From Chiloscyllium plagiosum (lineage: Eukaryota), in NCBI RefSeq assembly GCF_004010195.1, contig NC_057719.1:69688401-69752400 (forward strand): a stretch of DNA of 64,000 bases, given 5' to 3'. Numbering within the stretch: the stretch's first letter is position 1; each line of letters opens with the position of its first letter. Of this stretch, positions 25,998 to 38,649 are shown in pieces. A model generated the notes under the pieces. It was not told the origin of the DNA. It searched no databases and worked only from the letters and a program-made list of their open reading frames with translations. The position numbers and the translations under genes were made by a program.

Positions 25998-27234
25998 CTG
26001 TCATAGATTAACTGACTGTTTACTGTCAAAGGTTAACTACTGATTGTATGGAGTAGGATGGAGATTTTTTATATGAGAGCATCATGTGTTGTTATGTCAA
26101 CCCACAATCTTAAACATTCAGTGCCTTTATTGCTTTGATAATAATACAACTGAAGATATGGCAGGGAGTTAAACTTAAAAGGCCGTGGCTGCTAGGAATG
26201 CCGGAAGGATAATGGAGCTGCATGTTGAAGTGGGGAACACAAAGGGGAATTGGTGAGCATGAAGGAGCAGGCAAAGTGAAGAACAGGCAATGCAAGACTA
26301 AGAGTAGACATTGGGAGCTGGGTGAGTTTCGACTCAAGGGGAAGTTTCATGAAATCAAGGAAAATCATGAATGGGACCATGGTTACAGGGAGAGATTGAC
26401 AAATGGAGAGGAAAATACCATCTACAGTAATGGGAATAGGGGAAAGAGAATAGATTGGAGGGGAGGAATGGGTGTAAAGAAATCAAAAGTAAATTTATGT
26501 TCTTCATTTTTTTCTTCAGTTGGGTCACTAAAGAGTCCCTCACAGTGAATACACAGAGGGATGAGGTCTTATTTCCACAAACTCCTGCACAGCTCAAATA
26601 CTTGAATGTGTGTGAAGTGAAACAAAAACCAAAAAAAAGTGTGTTCTCTGTCAAGTATAGCAAAACTAAAACTTATAATTGCCAATCAAATGTACACAAT
26701 TTGTTGCATAAATTAACTACTCTGTTAAAGTATATCAGAACATAGAATATTATCTATACCATTCAGCCAAGATTTATCAAATCATAGTTCTTCACCATGT
26801 CTCCTTCATTTAATACCCCCACTGAGTCCATATTTTCTTTTTTTGAAGTAGACATGCATATTTATTTGTAAATTAACATCAAATCTTGAATCCATATATA
26901 TTGGAAGTAATTACCTCTGCCACTGAAAGCAAGTGGATCAATGTTTTTTGCCTGTTTGCTAATCCGTTTGTCTTTAAGTAATATGTCTCAAACTGAAAGA
27001 TGGATTGTAATGGAACTTGTACAGGGAAGGGCCAGAATGAAGTGATTTGTTCTTAAGAGAAGATGTGAGAAATTTTAAAATCTGATAACATTGGGAGTTA
27101 GGGTGAATTTAATTTGAAAAAAATGCTTTAGATTGTTTTATTTGTGTTGCTGATTGTTTTTAAATATCATGATTGTCTCACCTCAGAATAAAAAGTCAGG
27201 ACCACGCTAACTCAACCACATGGCAATTAGTGAT

Positions 27235-27375
27235 GCTCCAAAGTACTTTACAATTAATTATCCTCTTGTTGGCATGTAGGAAATACTACAACTAATACAG
27301 CGAGATCTCAAACTATAAACATATTTCATTTTTGTGTTGTTAATTGATGGATAAATATTGGCGCAATGGAATCAT
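27235..27375 (-). mobile_element. Deu-domain SINE remnant
   Basis: CCAAAGTACTTTACA...TGTAGGAAA...TTGATGGATAAATATTGGC. Confidence 0.45.
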
Positions 27376-29724
27376 GTGAAGTAAGTCATACTTATTGAGG
27401 TTTGTTCAGGTGTGTGTAGGGACAGCTCTTTTAACCTATATTGAGTTAAGCAGCAGCTCCTGAAGGACTGATACTCAACATCAATAGAAGTTCATTATTT
27501 TTCTGTATTACACTGAGGGAAAGTTTAAAACCTCACAGATTCTGCATATTTAGTAATTGGTGTACTGAAGAACTTATAGGAGTGGAAGGGACAGTGCTAA
27601 ACAAATCACATACATGGAGATTGCTGAATGATTAAATATACTCTTTGGACTTCATTGGAAACAAAAGTACAAGAAGTTCAATGATATTGTAAAAAGTGCC
27701 AGGATTTGTACAGAGGAGATTTATCTCTCCTGCATTCTCAGGAAATGACTTACAAAGCACGCAACAAACATCAACCACTTCTCACAATATTCCTTCACAA
27801 CAACACTAGTTGTGGGCACAAAAGTTGTAGGTCATTTAACAACATAAATCTCTTTTAGTTTTGCTCAGGCTGTGCTTCCACAAAGGACCAGGAAAATCAT
27901 TCAGAAGGCATTGAATGCTTTATAGAACAATTCAACTAACCATGGTGAAACTATGACTTCTTGGCTTCTTCTGTGCCAGCCTCATCAATGCGCACTTCAC
28001 AGAACTGTGCACTGCCTTCAGACTCTTCATGAATAAAATTAGTGTTCTGATCATCTTTGAGGACCATGTCAAAGTTCATGTCATTGATCTGTGAAATCAG
28101 TCTACATTCATTAATTTTATGAAGAACTTGAAAGGAATTAATTCCACTTTCTAAATCTGCAGCTTCCATTATTAATTTTACACTTATATCTGGCTTTCAG
28201 CAGCAAAATCTATTCTTTTGAGTGACATATCCTGTTATTGGCTGGAAGACTCTCTGGCAATAATTATTTCATCAACTCCATATTCTCAGTGAAATTAAAT
28301 AGATGAATTAAGTCAGACTCTGAGAATTGAATTACTTGGTTTTTACAACAAGCTTTTAAAAATACTGGCTGAGAAATTGTTCTGTTTCTGACTTACGCCA
28401 TGAACTCTATAGTGACCATTGACCATCACACCTAAACCCATGACAATCTCATAAAGTATTCCTAATATATAATCAGGGCATGAGCAGTGAGCGGGGAACA
28501 CAATTGTGTTCTGTGAGGCAGCATGTCAGTCAGTTAACTCCAAGAGATTTTACAACTTGGTTGTTTCTAGAACAAAGAAAATGTTTCATGAAATCTGTTG
28601 GATATCACCTTAAACCTTCAAGTGTTAGTAAACAGTTTTCTGGCATCTCATCAAGTGTTGCTCCAATTTTGCACATGGCATGTAGACTTAGTGCTCCACC
28701 TAACGGTGACATTGGCCACAAATGCAGCAATTACAAATGTTTTACCATCTATTTTGCTGGTATATGGGTCCATTTAAAGACTGGTAATTTGAATTCTCAC
28801 CTAAGAAAATTGACATCAGTGCTGCCATGTTTCACTGGTATAGTTTACTGGAAATCAAGTTCCAGAATTCTCAGAATCATCACAAATGTCAAAAGATTTA
28901 ATCAAATTATCTAAAGTCCCCCAACTTATGTGACTGACAAATCCATCTTAAAAGAAAATATACAATTTGTTTCTGTGCTTAACAAGAAAACAGCTATTTA
29001 TTACAACAGACTGCTTTTAGCAGAAAAGAACTGCTCACTTATAAGTCTCTAACTTAAATTTATCCCCTTTCACATATTCCCATAAAACTGACACACAAAG
29101 AGACAAAATAAGGCACAAATATTATGGGTGGGGAATTTAACAAAAAGAAAATCAGCAAAGCACATTTCTGGCACCAGTTCAGATTATAAGTGATGAAATG
29201 TTTCCCTTCATTCCCTTCCAGAATCTTTTGGCTCCATTCATCAATTGAAGATTCACTCGTTCAGTGTCTCTAAAGGATTTTTCTCCCCCCCCCACCCCCC
29301 GTCCCCTTTTTCTTTTGAAGAAGTGAATCTTCAAAGAGAAGGAGAGAGAGAAAGAGAGTTGCTAGTGCTCAGAAACTTCCTATTCTCTCAACTCACAGAA
29401 CTGGGAAAGCAGAGATGTTTTCTCCTTCACAGATTGGATGTTTCTCCTGTTTTGTCCAAATAGAAAGCTGTAGCAGAAACTAATCAAATAGCTTTTGCAT
29501 TACTGAGTGCCCCTGCAAACACACTACTGGCCCTGGTTGAAAAGCCAATCAAAGGTCTGTCACTGGCAAAGCTGCCCTGAGCAAACACTCACAAACTGAG
29601 GTATCTGGTCTTCTCTCCACAATGTGAATGAGGGAACCTTATACAGACAACACACAGTGAGGTCTCATTGTAAGATTTCTTTAAAAACTGCCATGTCATC
29701 TTCCACAGTCCCTTAGTTTTTTGA

Positions 29725-30015
29725 AAATTCATTCTCAAGATGAAAACATCTCTGACGAGGTCAGCATTTATTGACACTCCAACATTGGTGTGGATCTGCA
29801 ATCACATGTAGGCCAGACTAAGTAAGGACAGCAGTTTCCTTCCTTAAAGGATATTAGTGAACCAGATGGGTTTTTCCAACAGTCAACAAAAGTTTCATGG
29901 TCATCATTAGACTCTTAATACCAGATATTGTTTCTGTTGAATTCAATTTCCACTATCTGCTGTGGTGAGATTCAAACCTGAGTTCCCAGAGCATTACCTA
30001 AGTTTCTGGATAATA
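29725..30015 (-). mobile_element. tRNA-derived SINE (family of 8692-9085)
   Basis: TTCCTTCCTTAAAGGATATTAGTGAACCAGATGGGTTTT...GATTCAAACC. Confidence 0.7.
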
Positions 30016-31358
30016 TGACTAGTAGGGGTTATTGTATACTAGTATCTTTTCCAATTTTTATGTCCACAGTCCAAAAGAAACAGCATATACAATGCTGTTG
30101 AAAGTATAGAACAACTTTCTGAGATGGGCATTAATTCTGATTTATGTGCATATGGTCGAGGTGGGCCCTTGCTCAAGACGACTTCCAGTGTGAGTAAAAC
30201 CTCTCAGCACCCACAGCTTCTCTAAAAATGGCTGCTGTGCAATCCAATTTCTAGTCTACAGTTTTAATGTGTGACTAGGTTAAATGGATGCATTATTAAG
30301 TACCGATTTAGTTTGTGAAAGTCACAAAACAGTGAACTCACAAACCCTAATTAAGTTTTGTAGCTGATAGTTTAAATAGTAATCATACAGCAAAAGTGGG
30401 TATAAAAAGCGATGTGAAATGGAACCACTGTGATCCAGCCAAGTAGAAAATGACTCCTTTCATCTTCATGATCAAAAGGATCCTAATTATCAGAAACAGC
30501 CAGTCACTGACTAAGGCTTTGAAGAGCTACCGATACTTTTCCAGGGCACATGCAGAATATTCATGCTTTGTTGCAATCAGGATTTTATTATCCGCAAGTG
30601 GCAGATTATCCCAATGGATCTCTTTGAAGAGATCTCAGCCATTTTTGGCACAAATGTATAAACTGCATGTCCTTGATAAACTTAGTTTCTTGGATAGTTA
30701 TTGAGACTAAGCATGAGAAATATTTAAAGGATAGTTTACATATTGAATTCATTGATTCAAGTGGTGGAATTTAACATGATCATTTGATTCCAAGCACATT
30801 TTGCTTGCAAAGGGAACAGGTTACTGTATGCTTGCTATTATTTACTCAAATTAAGGATAATACAAATACAATTAAAATTATAAGGCTGACAATCGCAAGC
30901 ATTATTTGTGAGGTGCTAACTAGAAGTAATTTGCTTCCTGAGTTTTCAAAGCAATAATGGCAAGAAATTTGAAGAAACAAAAAAGAGATTAAGCATTGCA
31001 CTTCAAACACAGGAATTCTCTGGTAATTCAGCATAACTTTTCCAGATAAGATTCAAGATAATAATGGATAGACATGGAAAGCAACGATTCAAAGAACATC
31101 ACTAAACTAATCTTATTATGTCCTGAAACAGAGAAAGAATTATAATAATGTAGGTTATTAAATTTTAAATGATATGTGATAGAGAATGTGAGATAATATA
31201 TATTAAGACTAAAATTAAGAAGTACAAAATTAAGGATACATTATTAAGTAAGGTTAGTTGGGAATAGATTGAAGTGTAACCCTTGATGAAGCTTAAGTCT
31301 TTTCTTTAAAACCAACATAAACTGCACATCTCAGTTAAATTGTACTGTGATAACATGT

Positions 31359-31662
31359 GGGCTGAATTTTACATATGGAACTTTGGGGGGAATTTAAAGC
31401 TGTTATGTCTTAAATTGTAATCAAATGGCCCACAGCTTTTATTTGTCCCAGCAGCAACACGAGGGATGCTTCCTTCTGCTCATCTGGGCTTGGAAAGTTG
31501 TCTCCAGAAGTCTCACCCTTGGGAGTATAAATTCTAGGCAAGTGCGTGGTGCTACTGCAGTAACACCCAAATTTACAATCCCCAACCCCACACAAGAAAT
31601 CCTGCCTTCAGGGAGGAGGTTACACATCTGGTAATTTTGAGTCACGTGTTGAAACTTTAGCC
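31359..31662. mobile_element. Harbinger-like MITE (imperfect TIRs)
   Basis: GGGCTGAATTTTAC ... GAAACTTTAGCC; left end resembles 35549. Confidence 0.4.
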
Positions 31663-31941
31663 AGAAAGCAGCTTTTAAAGCAGGAGAAGAACCATATCAT
31701 TAATAGACTGAATCAAAGGGGAGATTTTCTGTATTATTGAAGCAATTTTTTATTTAGGTACTTCAAAAATACCTACTTGATATAACATTTATAACAAAGA
31801 AAGTATTCCAAATCCCCTCATAGAAGTGATAATCCGGGCACTCGGCAGTACTGGGAAAGATAACTCAGGGCAATTTTTTAAAAAGTGGATTTTACGAAAT
31901 CAGGAAGGGAAGGCAGGGAAAAACTAACATAAAAAAAGGGA

Positions 31942-32178
31942 TAAAAACCAAAAGAATCACGGATGCTGTAAATCAGAAACAAAAACAGTGATTGCCGATA
32001 AAGCTCAGCAGGTCTGGCAGCATCTGTGAAGAGAAATCAGAGTTAATGTTTCGGATCTAGTGACCCATGGAAGGGTATGAGGAAGGGTCACCTGATCTGA
32101 AACATTAGCTCTGATTTCTCTTCACAGATGCTGCCAGACCTGCTGAGCTTTTCCAGTAACTTTAGTTTTTGTTTGTGA
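31942..32178 (+). mobile_element. Miniature palindromic PLE insertion (second family)
   Basis: About 95-bp inverted arms around ATGGAAGGGTATGAGG; left arm has the TAAAAACCAAAAGAA...GGATGCTG extension. Confidence 0.85.
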
Positions 32179-32392
32179 TTAAAGAAAATGGTTTAGAGAG
32201 AGAATTTCAAGAATATAGTCAAGATATTTAAAAGCTCTGCCATCAGTGAGAGAATAGGGTCCACAAGAGTCTGGAATCAGGAGCTGTAAAGTCTAGATTC
32301 AGGAAAAGGAACAGATCACTATGCAGTGATCCATGATAGGTTTGCATTTTATATGCTGAAGGTTAGAAGACCATTGGAGGTCATCATGGCAT

Positions 32393-33017
32393 TGTGGTGT
32401 AAGATGAGTGACTCATATACATTTTGTTACAGTTTATTTTTAAGTTTGGATTTTGAACTAATAGCATGCATTTCTGTGTGTAAGGGATTAAATGATTGAC
32501 TTGTCAGGATTTCTGGAAGTATAGTTTTTTTTCAAAACCTGTATATGAGAGAGAGAGAAAGACATCCTGGAGTGGTAATGGTGATTTGATTGCATTGGGG
32601 GAGTTTTATGAACAGAGTAAACATTGAAGAGCATAAGCCTATTTCCTTGAGGAAGCACTCATTGCTTAGAAAGGAAGAGGCTATCAGACTCTCAAGATCA
32701 GGAATTGAAAGCAACTGTTAGTCAAAAGACTTTTCTCTGGTTTTTGAGTAATGTAAAGTGTTGTTGTTGCAAGATATAGAATATTGTACTTTACTGTGTG
32801 TTTCAATATCTGTCAAATTGTGCTATGTGTAAGTAGCATGGTTTATTCTATTTTATATTATTTTGCATAATACGCCTAAGTTTTATTGTCAAAACCAAAT
32901 CTGCAGCATTTTGTGCTAATCTGTCACTGAAACATAATCTCGTCAAATTTTTAAAAATCAAGATTTGATCTATCAAGTCAGATTTCAGAGTAACAAGATC
33001 AGCTGGAGTCAATAACA
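32393..33017 (+). mobile_element. Solo LTR (possibly Gypsy-type)
   Basis: TG...CA termini (TGTGGTG...AATAACA); 4-bp direct flank GCAT at 32389-32392 and 33018-33021; interrupts an L2-like remnant. Confidence 0.6.
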
Positions 33018-33967
33018 GCATGAGCAATGAGTGGGCATTGGAGTTTTGAATGAATTTTGGTTTGTACATCTTGAAGTTTAGGAAGCTGACAGCTGATATC
33101 TACCATGCATGATATTGAGTTTTTTCACAACATTGAGTCATATGCTCAGTTCATGGTGGCACAGTGACCAACGAGCTACAGTTAGCTTAGCTGGATTCAA
33201 CATGAGTAGTTGACAGACCAGCAATCTGATAACATCAGTATTGTTTGAAGGTTGTTCAGAATGGAAGCTGAGTGGATTGGCCATGAAAACATATTTTGAG
33301 CACGGACAGCATTTTATAATTGTGGATGACAAACTAGTAGCAAATGCATAAATAGAGATATGTGGCTTTGATCTAACTGCCATTATAGAAACATAGCTGC
33401 ATGATGACCAGAACTGGGATGGAGTATTCAAGGATATTTGATGTTTTGAAGGACAGACATAAAGAAAAAGGAGATGGAGCTTTGCTGATAATAAGAGATG
33501 GGATCAGCACACTAGTAAGTGAGGATCTTAGATCAGAAGAACAATGTGTGAAATCTATTTGGGTGGAGCTAAGGAGCAAAAATGGGCAGCAGATATTTAT
33601 TGAAGTTATTTTTCAGTCACCAAAGAGTAGTGGAGCATAGTATCAAACAGGAGATGAGAGAAGCATGCAGCACAGGCAACACAGTGTTCATGGATGACCC
33701 CAATCTACACATAGACTGGGTAAGCCAATTGAGCATTAAAGGTACAGGTTACATGTTTCTTGGAATGATTTGATAAAGCAGTATATTGAGGAACCAACAT
33801 GATATTTTAAAAGTGGCACGATGTAATGAAAAAGAGTAAATTAACAAACTTTTTGTAGAAGAATCTTGAGGGATGAGTGGCCACGATATGATTGAATTTT
33901 ACATTATGTTTGGAAGTGAGGTATTTCAATCTGAAGCAAGGGTGTCAAATTCAAATAGAGGAAGAAG

Positions 33968-34075
33968 TGAGGGTGATAGCCTAATAGTGTTATTGCTAAA
34001 CCAATAATCTGGAGACCCAAGTAATGGCCTGAGGACCAGGGTTCAAATCCTGCCATGGCAAATGATGGAATTTAA
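33968..34075 (+). mobile_element. tRNA-SINE head only
   Basis: GGGTTCAAATCCTGCCATGGCA B-box region, directly abutting the HE1 copy. Confidence 0.65.
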
Positions 34076-34081
34076 ATTTTT

Positions 34082-34424
34082 GGTAGCTCAATGGTTAGCA
34101 CTGTTGCCTCACAGCGCCAGAGATCTTGGTTCAACTCTGGCCTCAGGCAACTGTCTGCGTGGAGTTTGCACATTCTCCCCGTGTCTGTGTGGGTTTCCTC
34201 CAGGTGCTCTGTTTCCTCCCACAGTCTAAAGATGAGAAGGCTAAGTGAATTGGCCGTGCTAAATTTGCCCATAGTGTTCAGGGATGCGTAGGTTAAGTGC
34301 ATTAAATATATAGCGGTAAATATAGGGTAGGGGAATGGGTCTGGGGTGGGTTACTCTTTGGAGGGTTGGTGTGGCCTGGTTGGGCCGAGGGGCCTGTTTC
34401 CACACTGTAGGGATTCTATGATTC
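34082..34424 (+). mobile_element. HE1-type SINE
   Basis: GGTAGCTCAATGGTTAGCACTGTTGCCTCACAGCGCC...CTGTAGGGATTCTATGATTCT. Confidence 0.92.
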
Positions 34425-35318
34425 TAAGAGTTGAAAAAAATCATTAAGTCATAAGGCACAAAACGACTGGATGGATTGAGAAAATGCATTAAAACACTTG
34501 ACTGTAAATGGGCAATGGACAGACTTTAAAAAACAATGAAAAGGCTTATAAAAACTATATATTCCTTTAAGGTGCAAAACTCAAAAAGGCAGTTAGTGGG
34601 GCCAACAAAGGGGGTTAAAATTGTATAAGATTGAAAGAAAAGGCCTAAAAAATTGCTTGAAATAGCAGTCGGTATGAGGATCGAGATGATTTAAGAATAT
34701 GACAAAGAAGGACCAAGAAACTGATGAGGAGAAAAGAGAATAGAATATGAATGTTATATAAAAAACATTTGTCAAGGTTTCTTTGGCTAAAATGAATGGC
34801 AACCTATTACATCCAAGTTAGGAGCAATTACAATTGGGAAGTTCGTCCTTTCTGTTTGTTTTCACTGAGGAAGATACAAGAAAACTCTCAGAACTAGAAA
34901 TCCACAACGGACAATGAGAAGTTGGAGGAAATTAATATTTGTAAGAAGATTGTTCTAGAGAAATTAATGGGACTGATAGTTGATTTATCCTCAGAACTTG
35001 ATTGTTTACATCCCAAAGGAGGTAGCTATAGAGATAGTTGATGAATTGTTGATTATTTTCCGAACCTCTGTGGATTCCGGAATGGTTCCTGCAGAGTAAA
35101 GGTGGTAACTCTCATCCCACTATTTAAGAAGGGAGCAAGAGAGAACATTGGGAACTACAAACCTGTTAGCCTTACATCAGTAGGTGGGAATGTGGTAGAA
35201 TTTATTGTAAAGGACTTGATTAATAGACACTTGGTTGAAAATGATCTGATTGGGAATGGTCACCTTGGATTTGCAATGGGAAATGGAGTGTGGAGAAAGG
35301 ACAGTTAAGCCACTATTT

Positions 35319-35512
35319 CACAGGAGTTGTCAAAGAGGCTGGCTCGGCTTTTGGACATCTGAAATACAGTAAACTTTACAGTGATTGCTGTGATAGGGAA
35401 GCGTTGTTTCTGCAAAGATTTTCAGCACTCACGTAATCAAGGATTCCTGAAAACGTTCATAACAGGAGATCCCTGTCCAGGAATCTCCAACGCAGAAGAC
35501 ATGCAAAGGTAA
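35319..35512 (-). repeat. Old interspersed repeat (partner 11250-11450)
   Basis: CACAGGAGTTGTCAAAG...CCCTGTCCAGGAATCTCC. Confidence 0.7.
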
Positions 35513-35548
35513 GTGTGTGATTTTCAATTCATTTAGGATCAAAATACA

Positions 35549-36092
35549 GGGCTGAATCTTACTTTTCATTGGCTAAGTGTCAACTTCATCAAATAACATG
35601 GAATATTTCTCTACATGAGGTCTAGCATGTTTCTTAGTGCTATCATCTCAAACTCATCTCATTACGCCATTCCAATAGCATCCCTCTCGTCTGATGCTAG
35701 CCTGATTCTACTCCTCACCATAGCTGGAGGTATGCACCACTGCTCAGATATCCTGGAATGTCAGCATCCCTGTCAATAGTGCTATTTTTAAAACATCATT
35801 GTGCACTTGGAGAAGTCATGTCAGACTCAGCTGCCCTGTACAGTTTGTGATATTAGTTCGGACATGACAGAGATGGGGAGATTTGGTGCTCCATTTTGTA
35901 GACAATCACCTGGAGGTCTTCAAGCATGGGTTGGTGTAGGGGAGGTCATCCTCTTCACCCAGGCCTGATGGAAGGGGTCAAGTCACCAAACTGCTACAAG
36001 ATTGCCAGCCAGGTCAGTGCAGTCTCAGCAGCCTGGAGGAATGCCTGGCAGTGTAGGAACAAGGTCAATAAGCTTCTTGGTTGATCAGGGTA
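35549..36092 (+). mobile_element. Harbinger-like fossil: left end plus Myb/SANT-like exon
   Basis: GGGCTGAATCTTAC terminus; QVSAVSAAWRNAWQCRNKVNKLL; collinear with 55044-55585. Confidence 0.75.
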
Positions 36093-36509
36093 GTTGAACC
36101 AATTGCTCTCTGCTACATCATATTCAATCTGTCTCAGCTACTTCACCATCCTTCGTGCATCTTCGTGCTCCTTGCTTACACTCTCAGCGTTTACTCACTT
36201 TGTGCCTGTTTTGAAACATCACAGAATCTCCGTATACCTTGCTTTGCCTTTTTATGCCTTCCCCCTCAGTCAGGGTTTAAAGGCTCACAAAACTTCTGTC
36301 TTGACTTGGCTTTTAGCGCAAACATAAAGCAAGTCAGCTTCTCACAGTTATCAGCAGTCATCGGAAAAGGTGGTTTATAGTTTTATGATTGTTGATGACC
36401 CCCTTTTCTGCATTACCTCTTTCCCTCCTGTGATGTATTATCCTTATACATTGAACTTTGCCTCCCTTTACAATTATTATCTCCCCTTTATCCTAGCATG
36501 CTGCCTCCA

Positions 36510-37110
36510 ATCACCCACAAGTGAGTTCTTCAGATTCTCTCTCACAGCAGTGCCCCCTGACAACCCCTCCTTGACTTTCAGTGGGCCGAGGCTACTCAAT
36601 CTCTCCTTAGCCTGTGAACCTGCCTGGTGACCATTCGTGACACTTATTTGAGTATAAATATCTCCTTCCTTAAGTAAGATGACCAAAACTGCACATAGCT
36701 CTCCTTATGCCCTGTAGTAAAATTTCTTTCTGCTTATTCTTTGTGGCAAAAGCTAACGTACCATTTATCTTGCTAATTGCTTGCCAATCTTATTTGCTGA
36801 CACTGTGCTCTGTTTACAAGGATAACCAAGTCCCTATGAATTCAAACACTCTCGCTATTTAAAAATTATTCAATTTCTTCATTTTGTCTTTCTACCTGTA
36901 TTCCTCTTGTCATGTTACTGCTGAGTTGCTGAACATGTCTGTTTCCCCTGGCAGCCCGTTTATGTCTTCCTTGTAGTTTACCTTCCCTCACAAACCTTGT
37001 AACATTGGCAACCTAGGACATGGAACACTTAGTGTCTAAGTTAATAATACAGATTTTAAACACTTGAGGCTCAAGAACTAATTCTTGTAATATGCTCCTA
37101 CAGAGTGCCA
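36510..37110 (-). mobile_element. Degraded CR1 RT fragment
   Basis: AGSQAKERLSSLG remnant; TGACCAAAACTGCACATAG. Confidence 0.55.
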
Positions 37111-37122
37111 GCTGAAAATTTT

Positions 37123-37790
37123 GAATGAGTGTTATTGTCACATGTACTCACACAAGTGCAGTGAAAAGTTTGCAGGTTCCCACTTCTGGCGCCATCTTAG
37201 ACACAAAGGTACCTAGTATCAGAATCTTGGTACAAAGCAGAAAAATAAAGAAAACAAAATTAAAATGTTAAACATTACAATCCTTCTTATTAAAAAGTAG
37301 AAATCAAAGAAACACAGTAAACAGTTCAGCACCATAGGAAATATCCTGTTTATTCTTATATTGAGCTTTTTATCCATTAACCACAAGTCCAAATTTTGTC
37401 TAATATTATCCTATATGGCACCTTTAGGGGATGCCATTGGGCTCCACTTGACATGGTGTTTTGCCAGCGTTCGGAACCCCAGAAGCATGGCAATCACCCC
37501 AACTAAGGGCACCGTGGATATTTGTCCTGCAGAGGAGGGTCAGACACTATGCAGGGAGATCACCAGATAAACCCTTTCAATGTTAGGAGGGAGCAGAGTA
37601 CTGCCCCATTAGTGGCTTTCTTGCTCAATCTCAACTTCCTTCTCAAAGCCTCCCTGCATTCCAAGGGTGCCTCTCCATTGAGACACTGTCAACCTGGAGC
37701 TGCAGCCTCAGTAGCAGTGGTGTTGTTGAGGCTACAGGCCCAACAATGAAGCCAGCAGCTATAAAGACCAGACCCTTACAATTATTGACT
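37123..37790 (-). mobile_element. Non-autonomous retroposon related to 9738 and 19613
   Basis: TTATTGTCACATGTAC...GTGAAAAG tail and GGCGCCATCTTAG motif. Confidence 0.5.
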
Positions 37791-38037
37791 GGTAATATGC
37801 CCCTTTGGGTTTGCTACTCAGAAGCAGGATTTGCTTTCTACTTTCTAGCTATGACAGCAGATTTCAGCGAAACCACCCAAAGAAAAATTGAGTTTTTTTA
37901 ACAGTCAACTTAAAATGCATTAAAAGTCCAACAACTGTGGATTCCTCATATGCAGCCCTATATTTTCTCCAATAATTTTGAAAAACAATTTTGTGGAAAT
38001 GTCAAGGGCCCTCTTTATATCAATGTAGCTTAACTTA

Positions 38038-38228
38038 TGATTTGGAGATGCCGGTGTTGGACTGGGGTGTGCAAAGTTAAAAATCACACAACACCAGGTT
38101 ATAGTCCAACAGGTTTAATTGAAAGCACACCAGTCACTACCACCTGATGAAGGAGCGTCACTCCAAAAGCTAGTGTGCTTCCAATTAAACCCGTTGGACT
38201 ATAACCTGGTATTGTGTGATTTTTAAAT
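38038..38228 (+). mobile_element. Miniature palindromic PLE insertion (third family)
   Basis: Inverted arms flank CACCTGATGAAGGAGCGTCACTCCAAAAGCTAGTG; 12-bp TSD TAGCTTAA(C/T)TTA at 38026-38037 and 38229-38240. Confidence 0.88.
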
Positions 38229-38334
38229 TAGCTTAATTTAGTGTGGGTTGCATCATCATCATCCAAAACTAAATACATTTTTCAAAAAACAAATAGTACT
38301 GCTTTTCTCAAAACCCAATCTCTTTCAAATGACT

Positions 38335-38535
38335 GAGGTGACACCTCAGTTAGCTGGATGGCTGGTCTGTGACCAACAGCATGGGTCCAATTCTCCCATC
38401 ACTGAGGCTCCCATGAAGGTCCTGCCTTCTTAACCTCTCCCCTTCTCTGAGGCAGTGATCCTCAGGTTATATTCACCACCAGTCATCTCTCTCTCTCTTT
38501 CTGTGATGAGAGAGTGGGACGATGGTGGTTTTGTC
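38335..38535 (+). mobile_element. tRNA-derived SINE (distinct family)
   Basis: CTCAGTTAGCTGG A-box-like, GGGTCCAATTC B-box-like, CCTCAGGTTATATTCACCACCAGTC body. Confidence 0.6.
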
Positions 38536-38649
38536 TTTTGATATGCCTCATTTCCTGCTGCAGTGTTGTAAGTCCCTAAATTTATTGCTAACCTTCAACT
38601 TCCATTGGTTTATCATGCCCTACACAAGATTTCCTGTGATGTTGGTAGT

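Larger units (their letters stand above)
33350..35290 (+). mobile_element. Degraded CR1 ORF2 (endonuclease to RT start) with nested SINEs
   Basis: AIIET*L; KDRHKEKGDGALLIIRD; SIWVELRSKNG; VTLIPLFKKGARENIGNYKPVSLTSV. Confidence 0.85.

Noticed and set aside
27951..28169. 72-aa ATG ORF MEAADLESG...
   Set aside because: No recognisable family, no convincing splice context, stops in flanking frames; cannot be supported without a search.
28480..28914. 144-aa ATG ORF
   Set aside because: No recognisable motif and a composition typical of non-coding sequence.
24333..32178. Short palindromes as DNA-transposon MITEs or miRNA genes
   Set aside because: Arms are asymmetric, match PLE pLTRs linked to GIY-YIG elsewhere in the window, and have long variable TSDs.
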